This document shows, piece by piece, positions 10,160-20,241 of a stretch of DNA of 64,000 nucleotides; the first letter of the stretch is position 1, and each line of letters starts with the position of its first letter. The stretch lies in NCBI GenBank assembly GCA_016186695.1, contig JACPLC010000005.1:852-64851 (forward strand), given 5' to 3'. A model generated the notes under the pieces. The model saw only the letters and a list, made by a program, of their open reading frames with translations. It ran no database searches and was not told the origin of the DNA. The stretch comes from Candidatus Kaiserbacteria bacterium. Its GTDB lineage: Bacteria > Patescibacteriota > Minisyncoccia > Phycocordibacterales > UBA2100. The position numbers and the translations under genes are program-made.

Positions 10160-10453
10160 TTAAGAATTAGAGAATTCTCTAATGAACCCAACGAACGTTC
10201 TGCCGTACGGAGTTAAGCTATGCTCGATCGTCGTGCCTGCATGCCGCTTCTCGACAAGACCCGCAATGACCAAGCGCCGCACGTGCTCGGAAATTGTCTT
10301 CATGTTGCCTCTTACAGCTTCAACGACTTCACCAAGAGAAATACCGGGCTTCGCGGCGACGAGCAATAGGATCTGAATCCGCCGGTGATTTGCAACACCC
10401 TTGAAATGCCTTTCCAGTTTGCGCGGTCCCTTTGTTTTCTTCTCCTCACCCAT
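10160..10453 (-). CDS. ArsR/SmtB-family HTH transcriptional regulator
   Basis: HTH region ISLGEVVEAVRGNMKTISEHVRRLVIAGLV. The start is probably the internal Met (MGEEKK); the upstream ORF extension to 10540 would cover the palindromic operator. Confidence 0.65.
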   Translation of the reverse strand: MGEEKKTKGPRKLERHFKGVANHRRIQILLLVAAKPGISLGEVVEAVRGNMKTISEHVRRLVIAGLVEKRHAGTTIEHSLTPYGRTFVGFIREFSNS

Positions 10454-10465
10454 ACTCTCACATAC

Positions 10466-10489
10466 TCTCATATTCTTAAGAATATGAGA
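10466..10489. promoter_or_regulatory. Perfect 24-bp palindrome (tctcatattcttaagaatatgaga), candidate ArsR operator
   Basis: Perfect inverted repeat directly upstream of the arsR start, preceded by the tandem 10-mer catactctca x2. An imperfect copy (tctcaaattcttaagaattagaga) lies downstream at 10150-10173. Confidence 0.55.
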
Positions 10490-10521
10490 GTTCTCCCTGT
10501 GAACAACTGGTCTTGGCTTGA

Positions 10522-11835
10522 CTATTTCTTGAGAAGCCACTCGGGCTCTTGGCGGACGAGAAGCTCAACTGCTTTTTCGGGCTCGGCCATCAGCTCTTCC
10601 ACCGTGCGCTCCATGCGCATAGATTGTGAGCCTTTCACGAGAACAATATCGCCCTCGCGCACTTCGTTGCGAAGCTCCTGTCCTACGCGGCGTGCTTCGG
10701 TATGCTCATACTCGCGGATATTTGCCTCCGGCATCCTCGCGTCGAGCGCCGCCTCACCGATAGCGCGCGAGCGGAAGCCGACCGTAAGAAGCATGTCAGC
10801 GCATGCCGCGGCGCGCATGCCCACGGAGCGATGCGCCTCCGACGCATATCTTCCGAGCTCGAGCATGTCGCCAAGTACGGCAATCCTTCGTCCGCCAGAT
10901 GGCGGAGCTTTTACCTCCTTCAGCGTTTCGAGGGCGGAGAGCGCCGCCGCCGGAGAGGAGTTGTAGGTGTCGTCGATGATAGTCGAGCCGTTCACGCCTT
11001 TGATAACGCGCATTCTCCCCGGCGGCGGCGTCCATGCAGCAAGCGCGCGAGTGACACTGGAACTCTCTACTCCTGCAACCTCTGCAACAGCAAACGCTGC
11101 AAGCGCCGCGTACGTACGCGCCCTTCCAAGCGCCCCGATGATCGAGACCGGAATAGCGAGACCGCTGTGCACAAGGCGAAAGCGTGTGCCGATAGCTTTT
11201 CCCTTTTCATATAGAATACCCTGATGCGACGCGGAGAATCGGTTCTGCTTTCCGAATCCAAACGTTGTCACATTTTTGAATTCTTTGCACAGCTCAACCA
11301 TGCGAGCGTCATCACCGTTGAGAATTAACATTCCCCCCTCTTTCACATGCTCCGCAAGTGCGCGCTTCTCATGCGCAAGCTCATCCGGCGAGCGGAAAAA
11401 TTCCACGTGCACCGGAATATCCGGAACACCTGTGATGACCGCAATGTCGGGGCGAAGCCACTTGGCGATACGCCGGATATCATCGGGACGGTCGGCTCCC
11501 ACTTCAACGACAAGCCATGCAGGATACGGCACCCTTCGTATCACGAGTGCAAAACCTTGCACGAGATTGAATGCCCAAAGGAATGGATTTCTCCACGCGT
11601 TCTCCAAGCCGAGGATCGTGAGCGGCACGCCGATGTCGCTGTTGAAACTCTTCTCGCTTTTCCGCACATGCAAAGTGCTTGAGAGCGTTGCGTAAATCGC
11701 GTCTTTAGTCGTTGTCTTTCCCACACTTCCTGTCACTGCTATCACCTTCGGCTTGTAGCGGGAGAGCACGAGTCTCGCCTCCCACGTGAGCAGGAAAACT
11801 ATCGATTTCTTGAAAAAATCGTACATGGTTTTCAC
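10522..11835 (-). CDS. murF: UDP-MurNAc-tripeptide--D-Ala-D-Ala ligase
   Basis: Mur ligase ATP-binding motif VTGSVGKTTTKD; 437 aa; dcw cluster context. Confidence 0.85.
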   Translation of the reverse strand: MKTMYDFFKKSIVFLLTWEARLVLSRYKPKVIAVTGSVGKTTTKDAIYATLSSTLHVRKSEKSFNSDIGVPLTILGLENAWRNPFLWAFNLVQGFALVIRRVPYPAWLVVEVGADRPDDIRRIAKWLRPDIAVITGVPDIPVHVEFFRSPDELAHEKRALAEHVKEGGMLILNGDDARMVELCKEFKNVTTFGFGKQNRFSASHQGILYEKGKAIGTRFRLVHSGLAIPVSIIGALGRARTYAALAAFAVAEVAGVESSSVTRALAAWTPPPGRMRVIKGVNGSTIIDDTYNSSPAAALSALETLKEVKAPPSGGRRIAVLGDMLELGRYASEAHRSVGMRAAACADMLLTVGFRSRAIGEAALDARMPEANIREYEHTEARRVGQELRNEVREGDIVLVKGSQSMRMERTVEELMAEPEKAVELLVRQEPEWLLKK

Positions 11836-12006
11836 TTCATTGTACTAGATAGTGGACATTACCCACTGCGGATATAGACCCAGTCGGTATCCGCAGTGTG
11901 CGAAAGGGGTCGGGAAAACTGTAGTTTTCCTGTGTCGGAGAGCAGCGAAGCGTTGAGAACCGAGGGTTCTCAAAAGGTGATGCGCTTAGGCCAGCGCCAA
12001 AGTGCA

Positions 12007-13728
12007 TCACCTGTCTGGTGGGATATCGTAATAGTTTATCAAGTATTTCGCGATATTGAGAAACGGACGCGCGAGTGTCGCAGAGGCAAACTGCGCACCA
12101 TGCGGCTCGACCGCCACAAGAAACACGATGAATTTCGGATCATGCGCCGGAAAGTAGCCGAAGAATGAGTGGAGGAAACGATCCTCATAATACCCGCCGC
12201 CGCGCGGAAGGGCGATCTGCGCGGTGCCCGTTTTCGCGGCAATCGAATAGTGCTCCTGTTTCAAGACGCCGCCGAGAAGCGCCGTGTCAAAGACCTTTAC
12301 GAGCATGCTGCTCACGGTTTGTACAGTCTCCGGTTTCAATACGCGCGGACCTTTCGCGGGTGTAACGCTCCGGACAATCCCGCTTTCCAATCGAATATCG
12401 GTAACAAGATGCGGCGAGGGGAGGACACCCTCGTTGGCTAGTGCGGCGAGTGCACGAATCATCTCGACGCCCGTCTGTGCAATTCCCTGCCCGAAGGAGG
12501 CCGATGCGTAATCAACGTCGTAGCCGCGGTCGATGCTTCTCACCAACCCCGTCGCCTCGTTCGGCAAGTCGATCCCCGTTTTTTCCCCGAGTCCGAATGC
12601 ATGAATGTATTCGCCAAATACATTGTGCCCGATGCGCCCCTCAATAAACGACGCGCCGAGGTTCAGCGATTGGTTCAATACCTGCTGCATGTCGACGACA
12701 CCGCGCGCTTTGCCATCGTAGTTGCAGATTTTCTTTCCGCTCTTTTCAATGCATCCGCGATCCTCATAGGTGGTTTCCGGTGTGATGACGCCTACGTCTA
12801 TGCCGGTCGCAACGGAGAGCGGCTTCATGATCGAGCCCATTTCGTAAACGTTTTCTACGAGCAGATTCCCAAACACGGATATATCGGCCGTGTTGTAGGT
12901 GTTTGGATCAAAGGCCGGCCGCGCGGCAATCGCTACAATCTCCCCCGTACGCGGATCCATCACGATTCCCGCGGCGGAGCGCGGAGAGTAGGTATCCATG
13001 ACACCATTCAGCGTCTCTTCCAGCCTTGATTGCACCTGCGGCTCGATAGAGGTAATGATGCTTCCATACCCTTCCGCCGGATCGTCCGAAATCGCAGCGC
13101 CGATGTTGGTGAAGATCTCTGCGAACGGATTAACGTAGAGACCGGAACCCGACTTTACAAGCGTCTTTTCGTACCAGCGTTCGAGTCCATAGACACCGAG
13201 CCTGCGGTCGCCCTGATAGCCGACAAAACCCACCGCATGCGCCGCAAGTAGCGCGGCAGGATAGTAGCGCCACTGATCCTGTACGAGCAGTACACCGGGG
13301 ATTTTTTGCGCGCGAATCGCTTCCGCGACTTCATCTGGGATGCGAAACCCTACCTCTTCGTACGGATCATCGGTCTTTGCAACGCTCGCGAAAAACCGCT
13401 CACGATCCACGTTTGCAGACGAAAGTTTTTCAAAAACCGCTTCGGCATCCGTAATCTCCTTCGGTGCGATGGCAAGCCGCCACCCTCCCTGCATCAGGGC
13501 CGCGGCCACGAGATCACCGTCCTTTTCCTTGAAAAATATCGTCCCGCGATCTTCTGTGTCCCGCACATCGGCGACATATTGCCCGAGTGCGCTTTTGCGG
13601 TACTGCTCACCATGTATGACCTGCACGAAATAAAGACGCGCTGCCAAAAGTACTGCCGCCAAAATAAAAATCGCGGAGAGAATCCTCGCGCGACCGACGA
13701 ATCCTGTAGCGCCCAATCTAAATCTCAT
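12007..13728 (-). CDS. ftsI: Penicillin-binding protein 2 / FtsI-type transpeptidase
   Basis: N-terminal TM anchor, SxxK (GSIMKP) and KTGT motifs; 573 aa; follows ftsL. Confidence 0.85.
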   Translation of the reverse strand: MRFRLGATGFVGRARILSAIFILAAVLLAARLYFVQVIHGEQYRKSALGQYVADVRDTEDRGTIFFKEKDGDLVAAALMQGGWRLAIAPKEITDAEAVFEKLSSANVDRERFFASVAKTDDPYEEVGFRIPDEVAEAIRAQKIPGVLLVQDQWRYYPAALLAAHAVGFVGYQGDRRLGVYGLERWYEKTLVKSGSGLYVNPFAEIFTNIGAAISDDPAEGYGSIITSIEPQVQSRLEETLNGVMDTYSPRSAAGIVMDPRTGEIVAIAARPAFDPNTYNTADISVFGNLLVENVYEMGSIMKPLSVATGIDVGVITPETTYEDRGCIEKSGKKICNYDGKARGVVDMQQVLNQSLNLGASFIEGRIGHNVFGEYIHAFGLGEKTGIDLPNEATGLVRSIDRGYDVDYASASFGQGIAQTGVEMIRALAALANEGVLPSPHLVTDIRLESGIVRSVTPAKGPRVLKPETVQTVSSMLVKVFDTALLGGVLKQEHYSIAAKTGTAQIALPRGGGYYEDRFLHSFFGYFPAHDPKFIVFLVAVEPHGAQFASATLARPFLNIAKYLINYYDIPPDR

Positions 13729-14119
13729 TGCGTGCTACGTCGGAGAGGGCTGCATTCCCAGGGCGATGCACGTAGATGGTTTTTGAAACCGGAGAAAGAC
13801 CCAAACGCGTTCCGTCCTCGGGCCCGACCCTCTGCGATATGGCAAAATATTCGCGTTCGAGTTTGGAAACGGCAGTAGCAAGGTTGACCGAATCCGCGAG
13901 GGCCTCTTTCCGCGCGATCACATTTAGGATCGTCGCGCCGACAAAATATGCGTACGCGCATGCGAGAACGACAACGGCGCTGATTAGCAAGCGGAGAAAC
14001 AAGCGCTCCGCAGGATGTTCGGCTGTAAGCGAGAAACCCGGGCGCCTGCCGTGGAAATCAAGCTTCCCCTGAAAAATCGAGGGGGCGTATTTGCTTATTT
14101 TTTGTATGCGGGCTCTCAT
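13718..14119 (-). CDS. ftsL: FtsL-like cell-division membrane protein
   Basis: Small single-TM protein between rsmH and ftsI. Confidence 0.5.
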   Translation of the reverse strand: MRARIQKISKYAPSIFQGKLDFHGRRPGFSLTAEHPAERLFLRLLISAVVVLACAYAYFVGATILNVIARKEALADSVNLATAVSKLEREYFAISQRVGPEDGTRLGLSPVSKTIYVHRPGNAALSDVARNEI

Positions 14120-15080
14120 GTGAAATTGAAATTTTCTCTATGACACGAAGTTTTGCACTGCGCGCGCGAGGATTTTCCTGCTCTTCCTGACGGCTCGGGA
14201 TAATGGGCTTCTTTGAAAGCAGCTTGCCCTCGCTATTCTTTTCCCACTGCGCGAACATACGCTTCACGAGCCTGTCCTCCACACTGTGGAACGATATGAC
14301 CGCTATCCGTCCGCGAGGCTTGAGAAGCTGCCACGCCGCCTGCAAACCTTCCGTGAGCGCGGCAAGCTCATCGTTCACGGCAATGCGAAGCGCCTGAAAG
14401 GTGCGCGTTGCCGGATGAATCCTGCCATGCCGGTACCGTGCGGGAGTTGCCGCAGCGATAGTTTCGGCGAGATCGCGGGATGTCTCGAACGGTTTTTTCT
14501 TTCTCCGCTCGACGAGCGCTTTTGCAATCCGCCGCGAGTATCTCTCGCCGCCGAATCCGTAGAAAATATCAGCGAGCGACTCCTCTCCCCACGTGTTTAC
14601 GATGGTCGCGGCAGTTAGTTCTCCTTCGTCGCCGCTTCCATACGTCATGAGGAGCGGCTCATCGGCTTTGAACGAAAATCCTCTTCCGGAGTCGAGCTGG
14701 TAGGAGCTCCACCCTAGATCGAAGAGAGTCTTCGTTATCGAGACGACGCCGAGCTTTGCAAGCTCATTCACCATATTCCTGAAGTTGCCGTGAAGGAGAC
14801 TGACTCTTGCGTGAGCGCCCGAAAGGCGCATCTCCGCACGCGCTATCGCATCCCTATCCGCGTCTAAGCCTATGAAGAGGCCGTTTCCCCCGAGCCCCTT
14901 CGAGAGCTCCTTCGCATGACCGGCACCACCAAGCGTTGCATCAACGAGAATATCGTCCGGCTGTATATCGAGTGCACGAACTACTTCGTGTAAAAGAACG
15001 GGTTGGTGCGTTGGCCTGCCCCGAGCTTTGTCGAGGGGTGACGGCACCGGGTTGCTGGAGGAAAAATGTCGCGTGCGCAT
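14058..15080 (-). CDS. rsmH: 16S rRNA (cytosine1402-N4)-methyltransferase RsmH/MraW
   Basis: VDATLGGAGHA motif; dcw position after mraZ. Confidence 0.85.
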   Translation of the reverse strand: MRTRHFSSSNPVPSPLDKARGRPTHQPVLLHEVVRALDIQPDDILVDATLGGAGHAKELSKGLGGNGLFIGLDADRDAIARAEMRLSGAHARVSLLHGNFRNMVNELAKLGVVSITKTLFDLGWSSYQLDSGRGFSFKADEPLLMTYGSGDEGELTAATIVNTWGEESLADIFYGFGGERYSRRIAKALVERRKKKPFETSRDLAETIAAATPARYRHGRIHPATRTFQALRIAVNDELAALTEGLQAAWQLLKPRGRIAVISFHSVEDRLVKRMFAQWEKNSEGKLLSKKPIIPSRQEEQENPRARSAKLRVIEKISISHESPHTKNKQIRPLDFSGEA

Positions 15081-15141
15081 ATTTTTTTGATCCTCCAGCT
15101 ACCTCGTGCAATCACTGATAGCTTTGAATGAATGATAGAGA

Positions 15142-15585
15142 TTAGAGAGCGCCAATCTCACCGAGTTTTCTAGCCATCTGCTCTGCATTCCTGTCGATGC
15201 CGCGTTTGTAGCTTCCCCAGCGCTCTGCATCCCAGATTTCGACGCGGTCAGATACTCCTGCGAATACGACCCGCTTCTTGAGTCCGGCAAAATCTTTTTG
15301 GTGCTCGGGAATAAGAATGCGTCCTGCCGCATCCACCTCAATTTCCGCGGCACCCGAGAGCATAAATCGGCTGAACCCCCGCGTTTCTGCCTGCACGAGC
15401 GAAAGCCCCTGGAGCCGTTTTGCGAGTGTCTCCCATGCGCTCCGTGAATATACAAAGAGACAATTGTCGAGTCCTCTCGTGATAACGACGCGTTTCCCGA
15501 GCGCGGAGCGAAATGCTTTCGGAAGCGAAATACGCTTCTTCTCGTCGAGGTTGTGTAGATATTCGCCGATCAACAGATTGGCCAT
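15142..15585 (-). CDS. mraZ: Transcriptional regulator MraZ
   Basis: Two MraZ repeats (LDEKKRISLP and IEVDAAGRILIP). Internal start at MANLLIGEY is preferred. Confidence 0.8.
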   Translation of the reverse strand: MANLLIGEYLHNLDEKKRISLPKAFRSALGKRVVITRGLDNCLFVYSRSAWETLAKRLQGLSLVQAETRGFSRFMLSGAAEIEVDAAGRILIPEHQKDFAGLKKRVVFAGVSDRVEIWDAERWGSYKRGIDRNAEQMARKLGEIGAL

Positions 15586-15713
15586 GTTTCCCACTCTATC
15601 CCACTGCGGTAGAGTATATACCACTATACCCTACCGCAAGGGACTTATCCACACGGCGGTCCTGCGAAAGACTATTCTAGAAATCGTCAAGAAAATGTGT
15701 TATAAAGCAACAA

Positions 15714-17303
15714 ATGCTCCGGATTTTTAAAAAAGCAGATACGGAGACACTCAACGAAATAGCGGAGGAGATGCGCGTGCGGAAAGCGACGAAATTCGTG
15801 ATGCTTTTCTCGATGGGCTCGCAGTTCGACCATCTCATCGTCCAGCGATTGGCAAAACTCGGGGTTTTTGCAGTTGTCGCAGACCCGGCCAGTGTGAAAG
15901 CCGAGGATGTAAAGAAAGCGGCGCCAGCGGGCATCATTCTTTCGGGAGGCCCAGTATCTGTCGCGTACGATGAACCACCGCCGTTCGACGATACGATATT
16001 CAATCTCGGCATCCCGACGCTCGGCGTATGCCTCGGATTTCAGATGTGGGCCAAGCATCTCGGCGCACCGGTGCGACTGCAGGAAAAGCGCGAGTTCGGT
16101 GTCCATACGTTCACACTGAAAGGAGAAGACCCTCTCTTTGCAAGAGTTGCGAAAGAAACGAAAGTCCTTGAAACGCATGGCGATTCTGTTGAAGAAAGTA
16201 CTGCGCTTACAAGCCTCGGCTCGACCGACAACACACCGGTCGCGGCTGGACGAAAGGGTCACCTATGGGGTGTGCAATTCCACCCGGAAGTTACCGATAC
16301 GGAAGCGGGCACACAAATATACGAGAACTTCATGCAGATCTGCGGCATCACCGACCGCTTCCCTGCGCACAATGTGGCGGAGCAAAAGATAGCTGAACTG
16401 AAAAAACTTGTGGGTAGTAAAAAAGTGCTCATCGCGCTCTCCGGAGGCTCCGATTCTTCGGTCGTCGCATATCTTCTCAGGAACACCGGAGCACAACTCA
16501 AAGGCGTATACATTCGGGGCATCGACAGACCCGACGACGAAGCATATGTGAAAAAGTATTTTGGAAGCGCGGATTGGATCGAACTTGAGGTTGCAGACGC
16601 GACGAAAGAATTTCTGAAAGCTCTCAAAGGTAAAACGACGATGCGCGAAAAACGCCTCGCGATGCGCGGTGTGTACAAAGACGTTCTTGAAAAAGAGATC
16701 GAAAAATTCGGCGCAGACTTCATCGCACAAGGCACGCTCTACACAGACCTGCGGGAAAGTGGCCATGGCCATGCGACGGGCGCGGTCGTCGCGGAGATAA
16801 AAGTGCATCACAACGTGAAGCTCGGCTTTTCCGTACCCGAGATCGGGCCGCTTGAGACGGAAGTAAAAGACTCGGCGCGAAGCATCGGCCGCGATATCGG
16901 CGTGCCGGAGGATTTGCTCGTCCGTCACCCATTCCCCGGCCCGGGTCTTGTCGTCCGCATCGAGGGCGAAGTTAACGCCGAAAAGCTCAAAACAGCACGT
17001 GCCGTGGATGGAATCTACATCGAAGAGCTTCGAAAAGCCGGTCTCTATGAGACGGTGTGGCAGGCGGGAGCCGTAGTTACTGCATCTGTGCATACCGAAT
17101 CGAAAGGTGATGGGGCCGGTCTCGGGCACGTCGTTGCGCTCTGGGCTATTTGGAGCGTGAACGGCTTTACCGCACGCTTCGCCCAGCTTCCCTACGAATT
17201 TCTCGACCGCGTCTCGAGACGCATCACGAACGAAGTCCGCGAAGTCGGTGCTGTGGTGTATCGCATCTCCGACAAACCTCCCGCCACTATCGAGTGGGGT
17301 TGA
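15714..17303 (+). CDS. guaA: GMP synthase (glutamine-hydrolysing)
   Basis: GATase domain (GVCLGFQ) plus N-type ATP pyrophosphatase (SGGSDSSV) and a C-terminal dimerisation domain; 529 aa. Confidence 0.9.
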   Translation: MLRIFKKADTETLNEIAEEMRVRKATKFVMLFSMGSQFDHLIVQRLAKLGVFAVVADPASVKAEDVKKAAPAGIILSGGPVSVAYDEPPPFDDTIFNLGIPTLGVCLGFQMWAKHLGAPVRLQEKREFGVHTFTLKGEDPLFARVAKETKVLETHGDSVEESTALTSLGSTDNTPVAAGRKGHLWGVQFHPEVTDTEAGTQIYENFMQICGITDRFPAHNVAEQKIAELKKLVGSKKVLIALSGGSDSSVVAYLLRNTGAQLKGVYIRGIDRPDDEAYVKKYFGSADWIELEVADATKEFLKALKGKTTMREKRLAMRGVYKDVLEKEIEKFGADFIAQGTLYTDLRESGHGHATGAVVAEIKVHHNVKLGFSVPEIGPLETEVKDSARSIGRDIGVPEDLLVRHPFPGPGLVVRIEGEVNAEKLKTARAVDGIYIEELRKAGLYETVWQAGAVVTASVHTESKGDGAGLGHVVALWAIWSVNGFTARFAQLPYEFLDRVSRRITNEVREVGAVVYRISDKPPATIEWG

Positions 17304-17307
17304 TGAC

Positions 17308-18207
17308 ATGAGCAAGCTTACGTGGACGTTTCTCCTCGTCGGCTCGATGGCTGCTATTGCAGCTTTTTATCCGATGGTAAAAATTCTTCATGGCGCAATA
17401 GACCCATACCTCCTTGCGTTCTTCCGCTTCGCGATTGCGTTGCTCGCCCTGTTACCGATCATGGCGGTCCGACATTCGCTCAAACCGCCGCCCATTCGGG
17501 AATGGCCGATCTTCGTCTTTATCGGGCTGTGCGGAGCAACAGCCTCCGTGCTCGTCATCATCGGCATCGGACAGACGAACAGTGTTGTAAGCGCCATCCT
17601 TCTCAACACCAATCCCCTCCTCGTAGCACTCCTCGCGCCCTTCCTCATCACGGAGCAACTTACCCCAACGAAGATCGCTGCGCTTGTCGTTGGCTTTGTG
17701 GGCGTCGTTCTGGTAGTGCTCAACGGACAAAATCTTTCCGCGCTTGTCAGCTCAGAATATTTCTGGGGAGCTGTCATCGTACTCGTCGCAGCCCTCTTTT
17801 CGGGACTCAACAAGATCTATTCAAAGAGACCTGTGAGAACATACGACGGTCTCTACGTGACGTTCTTTGGTGTCGCCTTGGGGACAGTGATGCTTGGAAC
17901 GGTTGTTGCGATATCCGGCATCTTTGCGGAACCAGTGGAACTGACATTGAGGGAGTGGATATTCGTTGTAGCAATCGGCGTATTCTCTTCGGCCATTCCG
18001 TGGACAATATGGAACAGCAGTCTCAAACATCTTGATGTTCACGTGGCGGCATCATTTATGCTTCTCATACCGGTCTTCGCGACACTGTACTCGCTCATCT
18101 TTCTGACAGAGAGCATCACTCCTTGGATGGTCGTCGGAATGATTTTGACAAGCGTCGGCATCTACTTCGTCCAACGTGAAGAGTCTGTATCTGCAACTTC
18201 GGTCTGA
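17308..18207 (+). CDS. EamA/DMT-family transporter
   Basis: About 10 TM helices in two EamA-like repeats. The start is taken at the MSKLTWTF Met. Confidence 0.7.
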   Translation: MSKLTWTFLLVGSMAAIAAFYPMVKILHGAIDPYLLAFFRFAIALLALLPIMAVRHSLKPPPIREWPIFVFIGLCGATASVLVIIGIGQTNSVVSAILLNTNPLLVALLAPFLITEQLTPTKIAALVVGFVGVVLVVLNGQNLSALVSSEYFWGAVIVLVAALFSGLNKIYSKRPVRTYDGLYVTFFGVALGTVMLGTVVAISGIFAEPVELTLREWIFVVAIGVFSSAIPWTIWNSSLKHLDVHVAASFMLLIPVFATLYSLIFLTESITPWMVVGMILTSVGIYFVQREESVSATSV

Positions 18208-18216
18208 CGCGTGTAC

Positions 18217-19083
18217 TTACGGAACCACCTTTGAGATCGCACCGGTCGTTTTATCAACCCGCCAACTCTCTATCGGAATCTTGACCAACGTCCCCCCGTT
18301 CGCGCCGCCAACATACATGCGCACCTTCCACAACACTCCCGAATCTTCTGCCTCCAAGATGTATACCGCTCCCTGCTCCAGTGCTGCATCCCGATAGAGT
18401 GCAAAATCGGGAAGACGCTCGACAAAACCCTTCGCCTCGTCCGCCGTTATGAGCGTAGAGCCATATCCACGTTTAAGTATTTGTTGCGTCCAGTCACTCC
18501 GAACGCTTAGAAGCGCGGCGTCGACGACAGGACCGAGTTTCTCGACGAACGCCGCGAGAACCTCGGTTCGAAACGTTACCTTACTGCCGGCAGGATCTAA
18601 AACGCCAATCTCCCTAAACGCGTACTGACCGGAGCCGTTGTCGAAGAATCCCGTGGCAACGTAGCCGTTGTACTCGGCGCCGACTTCAGGCGTGATCCAG
18701 CCAAAAAAATTGAGACGGTAGTTCTTGTCTCGGGTAAACCCAAGTTCGATCTCTCGTGCAACGGCGGCACGTCCTCCCCTCTCCTGAAGGCGCGGTTCCT
18801 GATGAACAGAAACTGCGATCGTGGCACGGCCGTTCGGTTCGCGTATCAGTTCGGATTCGTAGGAGCTATCGCGACGCACATCGCCAACAATCCAATCCGC
18901 CGGATAGCGCACGGTATAACCCGAATGCGAGATAAAGAGACGTTCGGAAGGAAGCGGCACCATCGACAATCCGACAGCGATCGCGACGAGGGCGAGAAGA
19001 GCGAGAGAGATCGTGCCAACAAACCGCAGGTTTTCGCTGCTCATGCTCCGAACTAAGGCAATAATCTTTTGAACAATGCTCAT
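18217..19083 (-). CDS. Hypothetical membrane-anchored protein
   Basis: N-terminal TM segment followed by a 250-aa extracytoplasmic domain. No family recognised. Confidence 0.45.
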   Translation of the reverse strand: MSIVQKIIALVRSMSSENLRFVGTISLALLALVAIAVGLSMVPLPSERLFISHSGYTVRYPADWIVGDVRRDSSYESELIREPNGRATIAVSVHQEPRLQERGGRAAVAREIELGFTRDKNYRLNFFGWITPEVGAEYNGYVATGFFDNGSGQYAFREIGVLDPAGSKVTFRTEVLAAFVEKLGPVVDAALLSVRSDWTQQILKRGYGSTLITADEAKGFVERLPDFALYRDAALEQGAVYILEAEDSGVLWKVRMYVGGANGGTLVKIPIESWRVDKTTGAISKVVP

Positions 19084-19373
19084 TGTGGTCTACGCTTGAA
19101 ATAGCTCGAACCTGCCGCGCGCGAAGCGCGCGGCGGGAATCCCCGCGAGAAAATGCAGGGCGCGGCGCCTGCCCGTCCGTAGCCTTTGGCGAAGGAGGGA
19201 AGCCGCACCAATGACAATATCAAATTTTTCTTTGCTTCGCACTTCGTAGCTTTAGCGAAGAATGTGGCGGACTAGATTCGAGCGCGAAGCGCACAATTTT
19301 GTTCTTTAAAAAAAGCAGCTCGCCAGGTCTGGGGACGTGGCGAGCCGATGCGAAACGGAGAAGCCGAACGCGC

Positions 19374-19937
19374 TTACTTCTTCTTTTTCTTCGCCGACGG
19401 CAACTTGACGTCGAACGCTTGCGCGAGCGCGACAATGGCCTTGCCCATGCGATTCTTCTTCGTCAGAGGCTTGAGATAGCCGGGGTCTTGCATCTTGCCG
19501 GCGGCGATCTTGGCGGCCATGTCCTTGTGCTGGCGGAGGAACTCGCGGACGATGAGCTGAATCGCCTCCTTCTCGGAGCCGTCGCAGCACGATGCGAGCC
19601 GCTTGCACATCGCCAGATAGTCCTTGAACGAGCTATCGTGATAGCCAACGAAGTCCGGGTCAGTCCGCTTCCCGTTGTGTCCGGCGTCGGCGGCGAAGGC
19701 CGTGAGATTGGCGATGGCCGCGTCGAGGTATTTGGGATGCTTGTGGTGAAGCCGGAATCCCATCGGGTGAGCGAAGCCGCGGAGGTCATACTGCGTCATG
19801 ACGATGGCGCGGTCGATGTTGGCGGTCAGGTACGGTTTGTCCGCGTCCTTTTCCGCGATTGTCGGCGCGAGCCGAATGTGCCGAACGGCCATGAGGGAAT
19901 CCTCCCCTGTTGCGCAAGAAAATTGCCCGTCGGACAA
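19374..19937 (-). CDS. Hypothetical protein with a poly-lysine C-terminus
   Basis: 187-aa ORF ending AKKKKK. Codon usage is consistent with its neighbours. Confidence 0.4.
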   Translation of the reverse strand: MSDGQFSCATGEDSLMAVRHIRLAPTIAEKDADKPYLTANIDRAIVMTQYDLRGFAHPMGFRLHHKHPKYLDAAIANLTAFAADAGHNGKRTDPDFVGYHDSSFKDYLAMCKRLASCCDGSEKEAIQLIVREFLRQHKDMAAKIAAGKMQDPGYLKPLTKKNRMGKAIVALAQAFDVKLPSAKKKKK

Positions 19938-20136
19938 TTCAATCCTGCAAGATCATGCCGACATGTTTATACAACAAAGTAAGGTTGAGCGCAAGCCCGC
20001 GTTCAAAAAATTAGTAATCGAATTTTCTCTCTTGTATGCGTAAAAATTTTCTTTTCCCGAATTCAAAATGCAGTTCGAGCCGATTTGTTCCCGGGCTCCT
20101 TCGCGGTTTTCATTCTAACACCATTCTAAAACCTTG

Positions 20137-20209
20137 TGGACCCGAGGGGTTACGATCCCCTTGCCTCGTGCATGCCATGCACGCGCTCTACCAATTGAGC
20201 TACGGGCCC
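20137..20209 (-). tRNA. tRNA-Ala (GGC)
   Basis: The G3:U70 pair is an Ala identity element; anticodon loop ATGGCAT. The T-loop ATCGTAA is slightly non-canonical. Confidence 0.75.
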
Positions 20210-20241
20210 TGAACGAGCTATCCTATCAAAATTTTTCTTCC

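Noticed and set aside
16263-17315. 350-aa minus-strand ORF antisense to guaA
   Set aside because: Shadow frame of the confidently identified GMP synthase gene.
19299-19982. 227-aa plus-strand ORF
   Set aside because: Antisense to the 19374-19937 minus-strand ORF. Its low-complexity, Arg/Leu-rich composition is typical of high-GC shadow frames. Which strand is real remains moderately uncertain.
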